Shown: positions 1 to 13,589 of the stretch, piece after piece
Layout of the letters: each line of letters begins with the position of its first letter
Position numbering within the stretch: the stretch's first letter is position 1
From: Paraspadella gotoi
Taxonomy: Eukaryota > Animalia > Chaetognatha
Assembly (NCBI GenBank): GCA_051294375.1
Contig: CM119263.1
Location: 7,674,635-7,738,634 of the forward strand
Length of the DNA: 64,000 nt
Direction: 5' to 3'
Notes under the pieces: generated by a model
The model's input: only the letters and a program-made list of their open reading frames with translations
What the model was told of the DNA's origin: nothing
The model's database searches: none
Translations under genes and position numbers: made by a program

Positions 1-270
1 AAAAATAGAAAGAGAAGAGAAAGAATGAAAGTTGCCGCGGAACTCGTACAAACGAATACGCGACTTTGTTAATTCAAACGTTGATATCAACAACGTGGAA
101 GAAAGAGACGCCGAAGATAGTCTTTTTCTTTCTTTCTTTCTTTCTTTCTTTTTTTCTTGAAGCCGAAAATAGTATCGAAACACAAAGAGAAGGAAAAGAA
201 AAAAAGAGAGAGAGAGAGAGAAAAAGACGCGACGCGCGCGGCCAAATTCGAATTGCGCCAACTGCAACGA

Positions 271-301
271 GTCTCTCTCTCTCTCTCTCTCNNNNNNNNN
301 N

Positions 302-332
<31 letters not shown>
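271..332. repeat. (CT)n microsatellite interrupted by a 10-N gap
   Basis: Direct reading: ctctctct... flanking nnnnnnnnnn. One of many GA/CT tracts in the window (e.g. 2333-2386, 13499-13589, 13977-14037, 53752-53790, 54089-54156, 55368-55456). Confidence 0.95.
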
Positions 333-336
<4 letters not shown>

Positions 337-1375
337 TACCAGCGCCAGAGAAAGAGAAAGAGAGAGAGCGAGGAGTATTAAAATGACCACAAAGTGACGT
401 CATAAAAAACGGCAATGAAAACTCGCCCGCGGGGTCGAAGGTCACGGCGGGGACGTGATGAGCCAAGACGCTGACCGCGAAGAGACAACAATGCCTCATA
501 AAAGAGAAGGCATAAGTTGATCGGAGCCAAAATTAAAAGAATCTGCTCCAACTGTATTCTTTTTTTGTTTTGTCTTTTTTGTTGTTGTTGTTGTGTACAA
601 TTTCTGTTGTTGTTCTAATCTGATCTTTTGTTCTTCTTTTGTTCTTCTTACTGATCTCCCAACTTCTATCTTAGAGGTGTTAACGCGCGAATGTCTGATA
701 CACTTAATAATTCTTTTTCTTCCCTAAAATGTGTACTAAATGTGTGATAGGCGAAAGGTTTTCAACTTACTCTTTAGCTTTTTTTATAGATAAAAGCAAA
801 GTTTTTGAATGTGGTACAACGAATTTTATCGCATCAGCTTTTTTTATTTAAAAATCGATAGCTTTATCAGTAAATAAAGTTATGAATTAACTAGTATCTA
901 TGATATGTAAGTATATTGTATAACACGATAAGATTGAATGTTCCTTTATCAGGATTATCGCTTTAAAAGATAAACGTCAAAAAAATCCGATAAAATTTTT
1001 TTCTCTTCAACAAATAAAATGGTTTTTTTTTATTGTTAAAAGGGGGATTTTTTTTTTTATTCATTTTTCGGGACGGTGTCTCCTTTCCTCAAATGTTCCA
1101 CCCTCTCTCTTCTCTCGCGCTGCTCTCTTTCCTTCTTTTATATTAAGTCTACTCAGTTCTTTGTGCTCCAACATCTATCCCCTCACTCTATCTTTTTATT
1201 CCCCATCGTCCACCCCCCACCGCTTTTGATGGCCCACACCCCAAAAAAAAAAAAAAAATCCCAAGCTGTTTTACAGAAATCACAAATATCCTTGGAATTC
1301 AATTTGTCCCGAAAACGCGCTAATTAAACATCAAAAATTTATAAATGGGGATGTGAAATCGTTCAAAATGTTTTT

Positions 1376-1454
1376 CGCCGCGCCGCTCCGACCGCCGCCG
1401 CTGCTCTCGCCGCCGCTCTCGCCGCCGCCGCCGCCGCTCTCGCCGCCGCCGCCT
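1376..1454. repeat. Imperfect (GCC)n / cgccgccgctct low-complexity repeat
   Basis: cgccgccgctctcgccgccgccgccgccgctctcgccgccgccgcc read directly. Confidence 0.85.
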
Positions 1455-2330
1455 TCGCTTTTGGCCTGATTTATGCCTCATCGCTTCCATTTCTCATAAA
1501 AGTCTTCCTTCCTTTTTCCACCCAAAAATCTGTTATTCCCTCTCGACCCCGAAATCCCCTTTTTTTGAGAATTTAGATTTTGTTTTTCTCCTTCCTTTTA
1601 GTCTCTCTCCTCTTTCTATATTGCTCTTCTTTTCTTTTTAAAAGTTCTTTGTATCTTCCACTCCTTTTATCTTTCTCCCCGAAGGCATCGTTTTCCTCCC
1701 CATTTCGATCTCTTTCCATCCATTCTCCGTCACACATCTTTCTTACCCTCGTTGTTTTCCTACCCTCTTTATCTTTCTCTCCCCTCTCATCTTCCTTCCC
1801 TTTGTATTCCTAACCTCCCTCTCTATCTTCCTCCCCTCCCTCTCCATCTTCCTCCCACCCTCTTCCATCTCCCTCCCCCCTCTTCATCTCCGTCTTCGAT
1901 GCCTCACTTTTGCGTCAACAAACTCGAGCGAATTTTTCGATGGAAGATTTTGAGCTTCAGAGAAAAAAAAATTGGGGAGCGGGTTTGGTGGGAGGCGGGA
2001 GCTGGTCAGTTGGGGAGAAGATGGAATTGAAATGAAATGGAATACGACGACCACGAGGATGAGAAGAGAATAATATATAGAATTTAATATAAATCTCGAT
2101 GTTTTAGCATTGGTTGTTTTTGATGAATAAAATGTAAAAAAATCAATTTTAAAAATTATTTTAACTATTAAAAATTTTTTTTAAAATGATTGATGAATGA
2201 ATCTATTTTAAAATCGAATAAAAGAATTAGACTTTGGATCGATTCTAATAGAGATAATGCGGAAGAGAACTGGAAAGGAAGCATCGCGAGACGGATTTCC
2301 AAAATTCCCAAATTCCTTGATTTTTGGCGT

Positions 2331-2392
<62 letters not shown>

Positions 2393-2754
2393 TTTCAGTT
2401 TTACAACCTCTCGTCGGTTTTTTTTACTCGTTGGTTTCTTTCCGCCGAAACGGAAATAAAGCGAAGAGTCGAGGGATTCAATCAACTTCTTTGAAGACTC
2501 CACGCGTCTTTTAGTCCCCGGCTCAATCGCCTCAAAAATTATCATCAATCGACCAGGTACTCCTCAACCGCGACCATCAATTATTTCCATTCACCACTAA
2601 TTAATCACTATCATAACTACACCACACGTCCTCAAAAGGACCGTAAAAAACTGAAATTCAATCATGATACATTTCCCTAACTTTGTCACTCATAAGTCAA
2701 TCACTATTATACATCTATCACCAATCAATAACTATTCAAACACCGCAGATGAAT

Positions 2755-2897
2755 TAACTGGCATCATAATTAACCCCGCAACATCACTGGCATATATCCG
2801 TGCCACCCATCAATCAATCACTGGCGTATAACTCTACCTCCCATCAATCAATCACTGGCATAACTTCTGGCACGCATCCATCAATCGACGGCATAAT
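2755..2897. repeat. Degenerate minisatellite, ~5 units of ~30-35 bp with core catcaatcaatcactggc(a/g)ta
   Basis: The actggcat/actggcgt/acggcat core recurs at ~2757, 2786, 2820, 2854 and 2888, with the catcaatca prefix in the later units; the array ends ~90 bp before a 342-N gap. Confidence 0.65.
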
Positions 2898-4193
2898 GCT
2901 CCCTCGCGGCGCCGGAAGCGGTGGGCGTGGCGAAAGAACGAGACTCGGAGTCAAAGGTCACGGCGTGCGACGAAAAAACTCGGGTCATTNNNNNNNNNNN
3001 NNNNNNNNNNNNNNNNNNNNNNNNNNNNNNNNNNNNNNNNNNNNNNNNNNNNNNNNNNNNNNNNNNNNNNNNNNNNNNNNNNNNNNNNNNNNNNNNNNNN
3101 NNNNNNNNNNNNNNNNNNNNNNNNNNNNNNNNNNNNNNNNNNNNNNNNNNNNNNNNNNNNNNNNNNNNNNNNNNNNNNNNNNNNNNNNNNNNNNNNNNNN
3201 NNNNNNNNNNNNNNNNNNNNNNNNNNNNNNNNNNNNNNNNNNNNNNNNNNNNNNNNNNNNNNNNNNNNNNNNNNNNNNNNNNNNNNNNNNNNNNNNNNNN
3301 NNNNNNNNNNNNNNNNNNNNNNNNNNNNNNNCCTTAACCTTCTCTTTACTCTAACTCTTATACTTTAATCATTTTTTTCTCTTTTTCCTCCCTAGTCTTT
3401 CTCCTTTTCTTTCCCTCTTCATTTCGATGTTTTAAGACAATTCCTTTTATAATCCAGGTCCTCTCCTCCTCCCCCCTGCCCCTTTGCCTTTATAGTGCTC
3501 GATCCTGGCCTCATTAATAATCCTGCTCCCAACACGCCCTGGTTTCAGTTCCGCCGATTGCGCATTTAAATACCTTGTTTCTCGATCGCGTTGCTCAACC
3601 TCTGAATTCCTAGCGCACGTGACTACGAGCGCCAATTAATTTTACTACCCAGCTCCGTCGTGCGACGACGATGACGACGACGACGACGACGATAACCACG
3701 ACGACCATCCCTCTCTACTTCCCATCCGCTTCTCCCATCGGCCTTCCCTTTGTTCCCACCTTCGGCGCTTAGTTTTCGCGTCGTCGCTAAACCCCGGGAA
3801 TAGACGCGTGGGGGGCGAAGGGACGCTGGTAACGCGTGGCGGGTCTCAAGGCCAAAATAATGATTTGAGGAAGGAAACCAAATATGAAATAACGAAAGGT
3901 CTTACGAAATGGGAAGCAGAGATTGCCCTCCGAGGGTGTACCGGGTGACGTCGCGCCGGAACTTGAAAGTTCTAGGGAATCGAGAACTCGTGCTCTCTCT
4001 CTCTCTCTCTGAATTTAGATAGATCAAGAGGCAATGACAGAAAAATTAAAAAAGAGGAATAGGAGCAAATAAATAAAGATAATGAAAATAAAAAATAAAA
4101 GGGGCGGAAAAATAAGAAGGTGAAATGGATCTATCTCGTCTCCATAGAAAAGTATTTACTTATTACAAACTTTTCCCCAACAACTTCTCTCAC

Positions 4194-4657
4194 CTTGCTC
4201 GATGATTGCACCAGCCAAAAGCCACCACGTCATAGTGTCCATGTTGGGCCGGGCAAGGCTGAAGGGGGTGTCTTTGGTTTTGGCCCGACTGAGGGAAGCC
4301 CACTTCCGCCCCCAGCGTCGAGAAGGAGCTTAACGGGATCGCGTGTTCCTTTCCAGGCAGGCGTAGTGAAGGCGCGGCGGGAGCCCCTTTATCGTCACGA
4401 CGTCGACAGCGGCGCCGCCTTTCAATCAAGCGGCGCGATGATTCTAACGTATCCCGCCAAGTGCGGCATGCTTTTCTTGCAACGGAGCCCAGGCCGTCCT
4501 TTCGTCCCGCCAATCAACGTTTAACTTCTTTCCGCGCACCCGAAGGCCATCTTTGCCCGACTTAGCTCGGGGTTGCGAGAGAGAAGCTTCTGCAGGGCGG
4601 CGCGACGTCGTTCGGCGCGTACGGTCGGCAACGATGCTCCAGGTGGCCCTTCCCCAT
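4194..4657 (-). pseudogene. Frameshifted inverted copy of CASKIN exon 1 (likely artefactual duplicate)
   Basis: Minus-strand ORF fragments reproduce CASKIN peptides ([18 protein letters not shown]; [10 protein letters not shown]) in shifting frames because of many single-base insertions. No copy of exons 2-3 is present. Confidence 0.8.
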
Positions 4658-7600
4658 TGATTTCCGGCGGAGAAGAAGAAGTAAGCGGATTCCGGCGGAG
4701 AGGAATCTGGAGACCGAGACGCGAGTCTCCATCGGAAGAAAAAAAAAGTACTCGAATCTTCGCGTCGTCGTCCTGAGCGTCGTCTCATCGTCTCGGTCCT
4801 CGGAGGGGAGCAGCGCCTCTCGAAGACTCCGGCCCCTCCTCCTTCTTCCTCCAAGAATCGAAGTTTCACATTCGGCAAAATTTCAATCTCTATGGAACGC
4901 GCGATGATAAACCCAACGATGGGCGAGAGATAGAGAGAAAAAATGTTTGTTGGTTCCCTCCCGAGTTCTGTGATTTAAAAGAAGAAAAAAAATTTTAAAA
5001 TCGATGACGGGACTGAGATTCCCGGAATCGGTTAGTGTTCGCCATGTGTATGTGAATTATTTTTTTTTCATTTTCAAAACGAGGATGAATAATAAGTGTA
5101 AGAAACATTCGAAAAGCGGTTTATCCTTTTATTTTAATTGTATTCCAGTACATTAGTCACTATCTCACCTCATTATAATAGCCGCAAAATTTTATTGAAG
5201 AATGGCAAAAGAGGTTGTATGGGATGACTGTCCGACCAAAATGCTTTTCCTGCCAGAAGCCGCCTAAAAAGGGAACAGATGTTTACAAAAAAAACCGCGA
5301 GACTCAACTTCAAAAGTTTAATAGTTCTAATTATCTCTCAAACGCTAATGTTCGCGTAAATTTATCCGCAAAAAAAAATACGGAAGGCTGCATTCCAAAT
5401 AAATCTTTTTAAATCCTAAAAACTAAAACTTCGTACCGTAGTCGAATCCAAAATTCCCAAGGAAGACGAAAACGGTTTTGTTTTTTAATTTAAACCAAAT
5501 TTTCTTTTTTATTTTAAAAAAAAAAAACCAAAATTCAAAAAAAAAATTTCTACGTTTGTCATTAACTTTCGAATTCGTGGGAGAGTAATTAATACGCGTA
5601 TTAAAATTCTTAAAAACAACTTTCCCCTCAAACAAACCATTTCTTATGAAAAAGCAAAAATTACGATGAAGCGCTTCGTAAACATTCATGCTGCATGGAA
5701 AAGGGATTCTTTTTTTTAATCTCCAGAAAAACGGGAACGCAGAGGACCTGTTAGAGTTTAGACCGTTCACCGAATCGAATAGCGGGGCGAAAGATTTTTT
5801 ATCTCGCATCGCCTTCAACGAAATGATTAAATACGAAAGTGGTTTATTTTGCGTTGCGACGGAAATTGGGTTGACTGTCAGAAAAGATGAGCGTTCACAC
5901 AGTCAAATTTCCATTCATTCGTTTCGAGAACGGCCTCGTACCACCGCAGTTCAATTCGCGGAATTTTTTCGTTTCAGGGCCGATTCGCAGACCCAGTGAA
6001 AAAAACGTCAAAATTTATCCTTTGCGATCAGGGCATCAAAAAAAAGCCCTCGGCACAAACTGTTTAAAATTTGTTTCTTTTTAAAGTTAGATAGTTGTAT
6101 AAAGTCCTGTTATTGGTCAATTTGAATCCGAGTCGCAAAATTAATAGTATGACCCCGGCGGTTAATAAATTTAAATCTCGGCGTCAGAGCCCGTGGTTAG
6201 AAAGCTACGAATAAAAAACAGAAGTTAGAAACGCGCATTAAAGTACATAGAAGCCGAAAAAAAAATTTGGGAAAAAGGACAATCAAATGCATTGGAGAAG
6301 TGTCTTAGTAAATGAAAACTAAAAGAATAGTCAGGGAAGTTGGACTTAAATTGTAAATAAATTAAATAATAAGGAGAAACAAATGTATGAAAAAATGCAA
6401 GCTTGTTCATTTGAGTTTTTCTGATTGGCCTCTCCCCCACTTGTACCCAAAGACACTAAATTCCCGATTTTTGTCTTTAATTTATAGTCGGATAAACATT
6501 ATATCCATATTTTTGTAACAGTGACGTAAAGAAAAACTGGAGAAGAAAACTGAATGGTAAGAAAATTAGTCACTACGTGTAGTGATAACAACGAAAGACG
6601 GCATTGGTAAGTTTTAGACATCTGTTAGCAGAGAAAGGGAGATAGTCAGGTTTTCTAATAAAATTAACATTTTTCGAAGGAAGAGGGATGGTTTTTAATA
6701 AAGATTCATTTATCAAGTTTTAGTAATTATAAATATTAATTAAAAGCTTAATTATAATTAAAAGTTTACATATTAAAATTAAAAGTAAAATTAAAATTGG
6801 TAATTACGGGCGTAAATAAAAAAATTTTTTAAATTTAAATAAATTTAAACATTAAAATAAATTAAAAATTAAAGGATATGGTTAAATTAAAGCATATAAA
6901 ATTTGAATTTTTAATAAAATATATATTTATTATTTTAAATATTATTTTTAATATATTTAAAAATATCTTTTGACGCGTATGAAGGCTTGTACATTTAAAG
7001 CCGAAACATGTCCGTCTTATACAAATAAAATCGTTGTTGAACAATTTTAAAACGTCCTTTATCATCTAAACACAACGAAACGAAAGGAAATAACGATGTC
7101 TAAAAAAATATTAAATTTTAAATTTTCAAATACAATTTTAAAAAAATTATTTCCTTAAAAATATATTAAAATTCAATTATCTATTAATCTGTGATATGGA
7201 TAAACGATACGGCGTCCCAGATCATTTATCCCAAATTTGATATCTTTGTTGTTACATTCCTAGTTATTCTTTTCTCATTTTATTTATTATTTTCCCATAG
7301 GCCGCTGCGAAATGTCTAAAATTTACCCGAAAAGACAATGCATCGGGAAAAAAAAATTCAATCAATTTAATGATGATCTGATCAATTTAAATTCGAGTGA
7401 ATTTTCACCGAAGATATTTAAACGAATATCGGTATTACGAGGTAAAATTTTTTTTAGTTATTGATATCATACGCTAAGAGTAAGAGGTTTTAAACTTAAC
7501 ACGATTTTAGCAGACAATGCTTCAGTACAAGGTGACCATTTTGAAACCTACGTTTAAGAAAAAATTAACCAAAGGAAACGTGAAAAGATTTTTAATATTT

Positions 7601-8361
7601 TTGAAAAAAGATACTTAAAGACAAAACCTCATTTTATATGTATAAATATCATTTTCTACGGTTTATTACTACTTTAACAAAAAGAGTAAAAGAATACTTA
7701 GAAAACGGATCTCCCTGCCTCGATAGCATTAATGTTTTTGAATCAAAAAAATTTGTCTATTTCTGGACGATTTATTATAAAAAGTTTTTTTTAAAAAAAT
7801 AACAATAATATTTATATTGCAGAAAGCCCTTTAAAACTAATACTATTTATATATTTCGAATTCTGTATATAAAAAAATTATAAGGTTATAAAAATATGAT
7901 TAATTTTAATTTTAAAATAGCCAAGGTATATTACTTTTTAAGAAATTATAATCAATATTCCCCGAATCAATTTTTAACAGGCTTTCTTATGATATCCATT
8001 TAACACATAGTGAATGTATACTTGTTTAACAGAGCCATCAATTCCAGGTAGCGAATTTCCCTTTATTTTCTGATTGAAAAGCTCGTATTTGCCTCCTAAT
8101 CTTTTTTCGCTTATTAGGAATTCAAAACAAATCAATTATCAAGGAAATTTATACATGTCTTATATATCTTTTTCAAAATGTTTAAAATCTCTTCACCGCT
8201 TTTCCTTTGGTAAATTTTTTTTTAACGGCGGCTTTCAAAATGCTCACGAGGAATGCAGTAACGAATTTACTACAAAAAAAAAATTAAAAAAGCAAAGGAC
8301 TTTTTTAACATGGGAATGATGTTAGTACAGGCGTCAATGTCCGATTAAAATCGTGCCGCGT

Positions 8362-8616
8362 TTACAAAGTATTGAGCAGGTATTCGGAGAAATCTTGTAT
8401 TTCCAAATAATCTTTACCGGAATCCGGCCTATTTCGAGACCCAAACTGCTTCCACGACTTCAGGACTTCAGGAAAGTATAATCCAGAAAGAGAGATTCGC
8501 GTAATACGTAACGTTTTCAGGCCCAAGTCTACTTCCGGATCCTCCCCAGTCGGCAGGAGTTCGCATAAATTCGTCGGGTCGATGTCCGCCACTGACTTGG
8601 GCTTCGACCTTTTCAT
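8362..8616 (-). CDS. Candidate small orphan ORF/exon (84 aa, MKRSKPKSVADIDPTNLCELL...FSEYLLNTL); mirrored with errors at ~20470-20715 (+)
   Basis: Non-repetitive, balanced-composition ORF in a moderately GC-rich island within AT-rich DNA. A polypyrimidine tract + AG (ttttttttag) lies 2 nt before the ATG. No family recognised. Confidence 0.3.
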   Translation of the reverse strand: MKRSKPKSVADIDPTNLCELLPTGEDPEVDLGLKTLRITRISLSGLYFPEVLKSWKQFGSRNRPDSGKDYLEIQDFSEYLLNTL

Positions 8617-9574
8617 GGCTAAAAAAAAACAAAAGACCAAAGCTTCACCGAGGACAACATCGAGACTATGCAATGAATAGTTGCATAGAATGCTATGCTA
8701 TGATATGAATAGAATTGTTTTACAGTTTACTTATTGTTACTTATGTTACTCAACCAAAAAGCCTGTTTAGAATGTACTATATTCAATTCATATTCAAATA
8801 TACTGCGATTGCATGTATATGTTTTTACTATCCATAACCAAGATTGTCAATTTTGGGAGACAACCTATAATCATGTTTGAAATTTTATGATTACCTATTT
8901 ATTTTTTTCCGCTGCGGGACGCCTTCACCCAGTATAGCATCTAAATACCCACAAAACTGCCCCAACTGGGTGCCAACAAATAGTAATTATTGTCACCATT
9001 TTCCCCTTCCCCTCTTTCCGGCCCTTCTCCGACCTTCATCCATTTACCCGCTCCAGGCTCTCCGCCAGAGAGAGAGAGAGCAGAGAGAGTGAGAGAGAGA
9101 GAGGAGAGAGAGAGAGAGATCGGAACAAAGAAAGCGTGGGATTGAAAAGTGTTTGCAAGTCCAATGCGATGTGTTATTGCGTACAAGGGATAATCAGGAT
9201 CCGCGGAATGTTCTAGATATGGTTCAACACTTTATGGAGGCAATAAACTACGAAAATAGAAAAAAAAAACCTTGCGGGGGTCGGAAAAAAAAAAGAAATA
9301 AAAGGAAGAAAAGAAAAAAGGAAATTGAAAGACGCGGTGAGTTCCGAGGGATGGGGGGGGGGTTTCGTCGAAGAGAGAGGTCTAGGGCCACGCCCTCCGA
9401 GAAAAAATATAAGACCATTATTTTTTTGGAGAATTCTAAACTTCGATACTCTTTGCCTCCTTGCATCTTTGTCTTTCTCTTACCTATCTCTTTCAGCGTG
9501 ATATACCTCCTTCATTCGGCAGATGTGAAGTAAAAAAGAGGAGAGAGAGATGAGAGAGAGAGACGAGATGAGAG

Positions 9575-9607
<33 letters not shown>

Positions 9608-10669
9608 GACGCCAACGTTACAGTTCGTCGTTAGAGGCCGAAGAAGGAAATACGATCCTTATGCCACATTGGGAGGCGGGGAAAATCCGTTTGGGGGAGA
9701 GATGGGGGGCAGGTGTTGGAGGTGGGGAGAGCTTAAGGAGGGTTTAAATTCAAAAGTGTGAGAGGGTGAAATCCTATAAGGAGGAATAAGAAAAAAGGAC
9801 GAAAGGGGGACTTATTGTTGATCGAGGAATCACGGCGATAATTGGGCGTGCCCGACGTGCCGTGGCCAAGGGCTTCGGCGGGGTTAAGGGTCCCGCGCGT
9901 ATCAAGAAAAAGGGTAGACAGGCGGGCTCGGTTAGGGTGGGGTTCGCGGTGACGTTAGAAAAAGGAAGTCGTTAGTTTGCGGCGCGAAAGTTGAGGACGA
10001 GATGAAGGATCCACTTATGGGAAATGGGATTCATTTGCGCGGGCATCGAGTGGGTCGACGGCTGGCGGCGGCGGGCTGCGGACGTCTTGCGGCCGTCAAC
10101 GGGTGTGGGGGAAGCGAATTGGGCTGAGAGGAAGAGGTGAGGAAAGGTGGGAAGAAAGGTTTTCCTCACTATGCGCAAACGAAGAAGGGTAGATCGGAAT
10201 CTCGATATTTCTGACCTGATGAGGCGGCGCCAAATGGACCGGAAGGTCCTATCTCTGTGAACGCGTTTTCGTCTTCTCGAATTAGAGAATTCGCGTCAAA
10301 CGAGAAAAAAGGGAGACGGGCTGAAGTCTGCGAAGAGGGTGGGGGTGGAAGGGAGGGGGCGGGGGCTGGATGAAGATGAACGGAGGAGAGGGCGTGCGGT
10401 TGATGTTATTCGAGGGAGGAAGGGAAGGAAGAAAAAAATTGGAAACGCGGTAAGAAGAGATGAAATAGGCGAAAGAAAAATAGGAGGAGAAATAGGTGAG
10501 GATAAAATAGGAGGTTTAGAATGAAGAAAGCGAAGTGTTTTCTTCCTACTCGCCCGCCTTTCAGAAAATTTTTAGACGATTTTTTTTTTCTCATCTTAGA
10601 TTTTTTTTCTTCTTTGCATCGTCGTCGGGTTTAATAACTCGACCGTTCTTACGGTCTCGTCTTCATTGT

Positions 10670-10801
10670 TTTGGATTAATCAATCTGATCAGAGATCGAC
10701 GGCGGCCTCCTTTTCTCGCGCCGGCCATTTTGGCGGCCATCTTGGCAGCCATTTTTGTTCTTCTGCGCGCGCCTCTATTTTCATTTTCCTTGATGACGTC
10801 A
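10670..10801. promoter_or_regulatory. Cluster of TF motifs: 3 tandem YY1/Pho-type GCCATnTT sites, a perfect CRE (TGACGTCA) and homeodomain-type GGATTAATCAATC
   Basis: ggccattttggcggccatcttggcagccattttt at 10723-10756; tgacgtca at 10794-10801; ggattaatcaatc at ~10673-10685. Mirrored at ~18360-18490. Confidence 0.4.
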
Positions 10802-11228
10802 TTACTTATACGAGTTCTGTCGGGGATACTAAATCCCTCAGATTCTCATCTTTGTTTCTTTCGAGAGGCGGCAAACCTGTTCGCGAAAGAAAAAAAAATT
10901 TTCGGGTCCCGGGTTTTTTCAAAAGTACCATCCGGGGAAAATACATTTGGCGTGGGGTTTTAGTTTCAGGATACCAGGTGTGGTTGGGGCGTGGCAAAAT
11001 TTTTAAAATAAAGTGACACATTAGAAATGACGACGAAAAAATGGAGTTTTAAAAAAAAAATTATATTAATTATATAGTTTTTCTTTAATTTAATAAAATA
11101 ATTTATTGAATGACATGAAAAAAAAATTTATTAATAGCTTCATCAATATCACAAAATAAAGTAAACAAATGAATTGATAAATTAAATAAATAAATAATAA
11201 ATAAATAAATAATAAATAAATAAATAAA

Positions 11229-11261
<33 letters not shown>

Positions 11262-11538
11262 AAATAAATTAAATTAATTAAATAAAATAAATAAACAAAT
11301 AATTTCAAAAAACAGATAAAAATGTTGAATATAAAAAAAAACCCGTGATGCTCAAAGAAAAAAAAATCGTTGAGTCGGATGAAGCGATGGGACAAAGTGT
11401 TTTGCCTATCTTTTCTGCTAAGCTCCGCTAACGAGCCTCATTCCACTTTAAGCAGAGTTACATTATTCCTAAGAATGATAACGATCCGGATGCATAAACA
11501 TTATCTGAACGCGATAAAAACTTCTCTTCTCTCTCTCC

Positions 11539-11570
<32 letters not shown>

Positions 11571-13495
11571 TTTCTCTCTCTTCTCTCTCATCCTCTGGAC
11601 TTTCCCCCATCCATCCAATCTGGTCAGAGGGCATTCGCGACAACAGGGCTAGGATATCGCGCAAGACTCAGTGGGGAACGGTTGTCGAGCGGAATAACAC
11701 AGCGATTTCAGACAATCGATAACGTCTTCTCGAATCATATCAGGTCACCGGAAATACAAAAAGGTTTGAACACGTTTCGAACGAGAACGCTTTAAATTTA
11801 ATTTTAATTTAATTTAATTTAATTTAATTTAATTTAATTTAATTTAATTTAATGTTAATTTAATTTTAATTAAATTTAATGACAATAACCACTCTCCCAG
11901 TCTCTGCCTCGCCTAATCTAGCTCGGCACGGGCCGGGCAGGGTGAATAACGTAAAATTTAAACCGGCTCGTAACTATGTATTCCAAGGTTTGACAACCTC
12001 GACACTCCTCCAACACAACCACCCCAGATGTCAACAATAACACTCCCACCACATCCGGTGAATTTTTCGCCTTTCTAATGGTATGAGGAAAAGAAAGAGA
12101 AGACGACGTTGATAAAAGACTACCGGCGGCGAACGGAGGCGGTTCTTTCCGCTGTAATCTGATGGTTATATGGATAGAGAGAGAGAGAGAGGAGATTGAG
12201 AGATGATGAGAGAGAATGGCGAGAGAGAGAGAGAGAGAGAGAAACAAAAAAAAAAGAAGGAAAAAAAAAAAAAGATAATATCTTAAGAAAAAAAAAAAGA
12301 GAGTAGATGGCGGTAAATTCGAAACTAAATAATGGCGATATTATTCGCCCGTGGTCAAGACGAACGATGCCATATTAGATTCAATCATTTCGTCTACCTC
12401 GCTTTGGTTCCGTCGAGTGTTGGGGAGGAGTGGGCAGATGTGGAAGGAGTGGCAGATGGTTGAAGGAGAGAAGGAGGAGGAGAAGGGTAGAGCAAAAAGG
12501 AGGAGGCAGGGCGAAAAGTGAGAGGAGAGTGAAGTTAAAGTGAGGGAAACATAACTCGAGCGGCGCAGGGACGAGAGCGGGAAGAAAAGTTTTGAGTTTT
12601 GGCAGGGTTAAAGCAATGTGGTTAGAGCGGGCAGGAACGACGTAGGGTCAGGAACGACCGAAACAGGGCGGCGCGGCGTGCGGGTGGGGTAAGCAGGCGG
12701 GCGAGGCGTAAAAGGAACGCGAGCCAAAAATTTTCCATTTCCTTTCCATTTTTCTTTCCGGCTTCCCTCGTTCCCCCAAGAGAGGAGCGGCGAGCCAACA
12801 AGAACCCCGATTTCCCTTCCATTTTCTACAACGAAAAACTCTGTGGAAGAAAAAGAAAAAGAAGGGAAAAAACAGGGAGAGGGGTTGTGCGTTCTTGTGG
12901 CGATGGATAATTATCGTAACGATTTGTAGGTTCGGTTTCGCGTTACGATGTTTTACGACGCATGAGATTCGGTTCAGTTTTTAGTGAATAATCTTGAATA
13001 AAAAATTGTAAAAAAGAAAATTTTAAAACTGTGGCGAAAAATTTACAGGGCGACTAAAAGCTTTAAGTTCAAATTGTTTTGTATGTTAAACGATAAACTT
13101 TAAAATAAAACTCCACCCTATGAACAAGCGATCCAAGTATATTTTTCGTTTTAGTTTTTTTCCTTTCTAAATCTTGTTACATTTTTATACGCCAACAAAC
13201 TTAAAAGTCTCGATTGCCGAATCCTACAACGAACAAGAACATTTTGTGACGATATCGAACGAACGAACCAAAATTGTTTTGCCTGTAATAAACAGATACC
13301 GCGATTGTAAACTAATAAAAGAGAAGTTTTTTCTAGCAGAGAAACGTGATTAAATTTCCGAACGTCGTCTACAATTTTTTTCAAACGTAAACGAAAAAAA
13401 AAGCTGAAAATTACAAACTTTTTTTTCGACAGTGGAATCTGCTTAAAGAGCATAATTTTCAAACAAAAATAACCCTTCCTAGGATCTTTTCATAG

Positions 13496-13589
<94 letters not shown>

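Noticed and set aside
2755-2897. Repeat-spacer-like array resembling a mini CRISPR
   Set aside because: Repeats are degenerate, 'spacers' are only ~12-17 nt and related in composition, there are no cas genes and the context is eukaryotic; a decayed minisatellite is sufficient.
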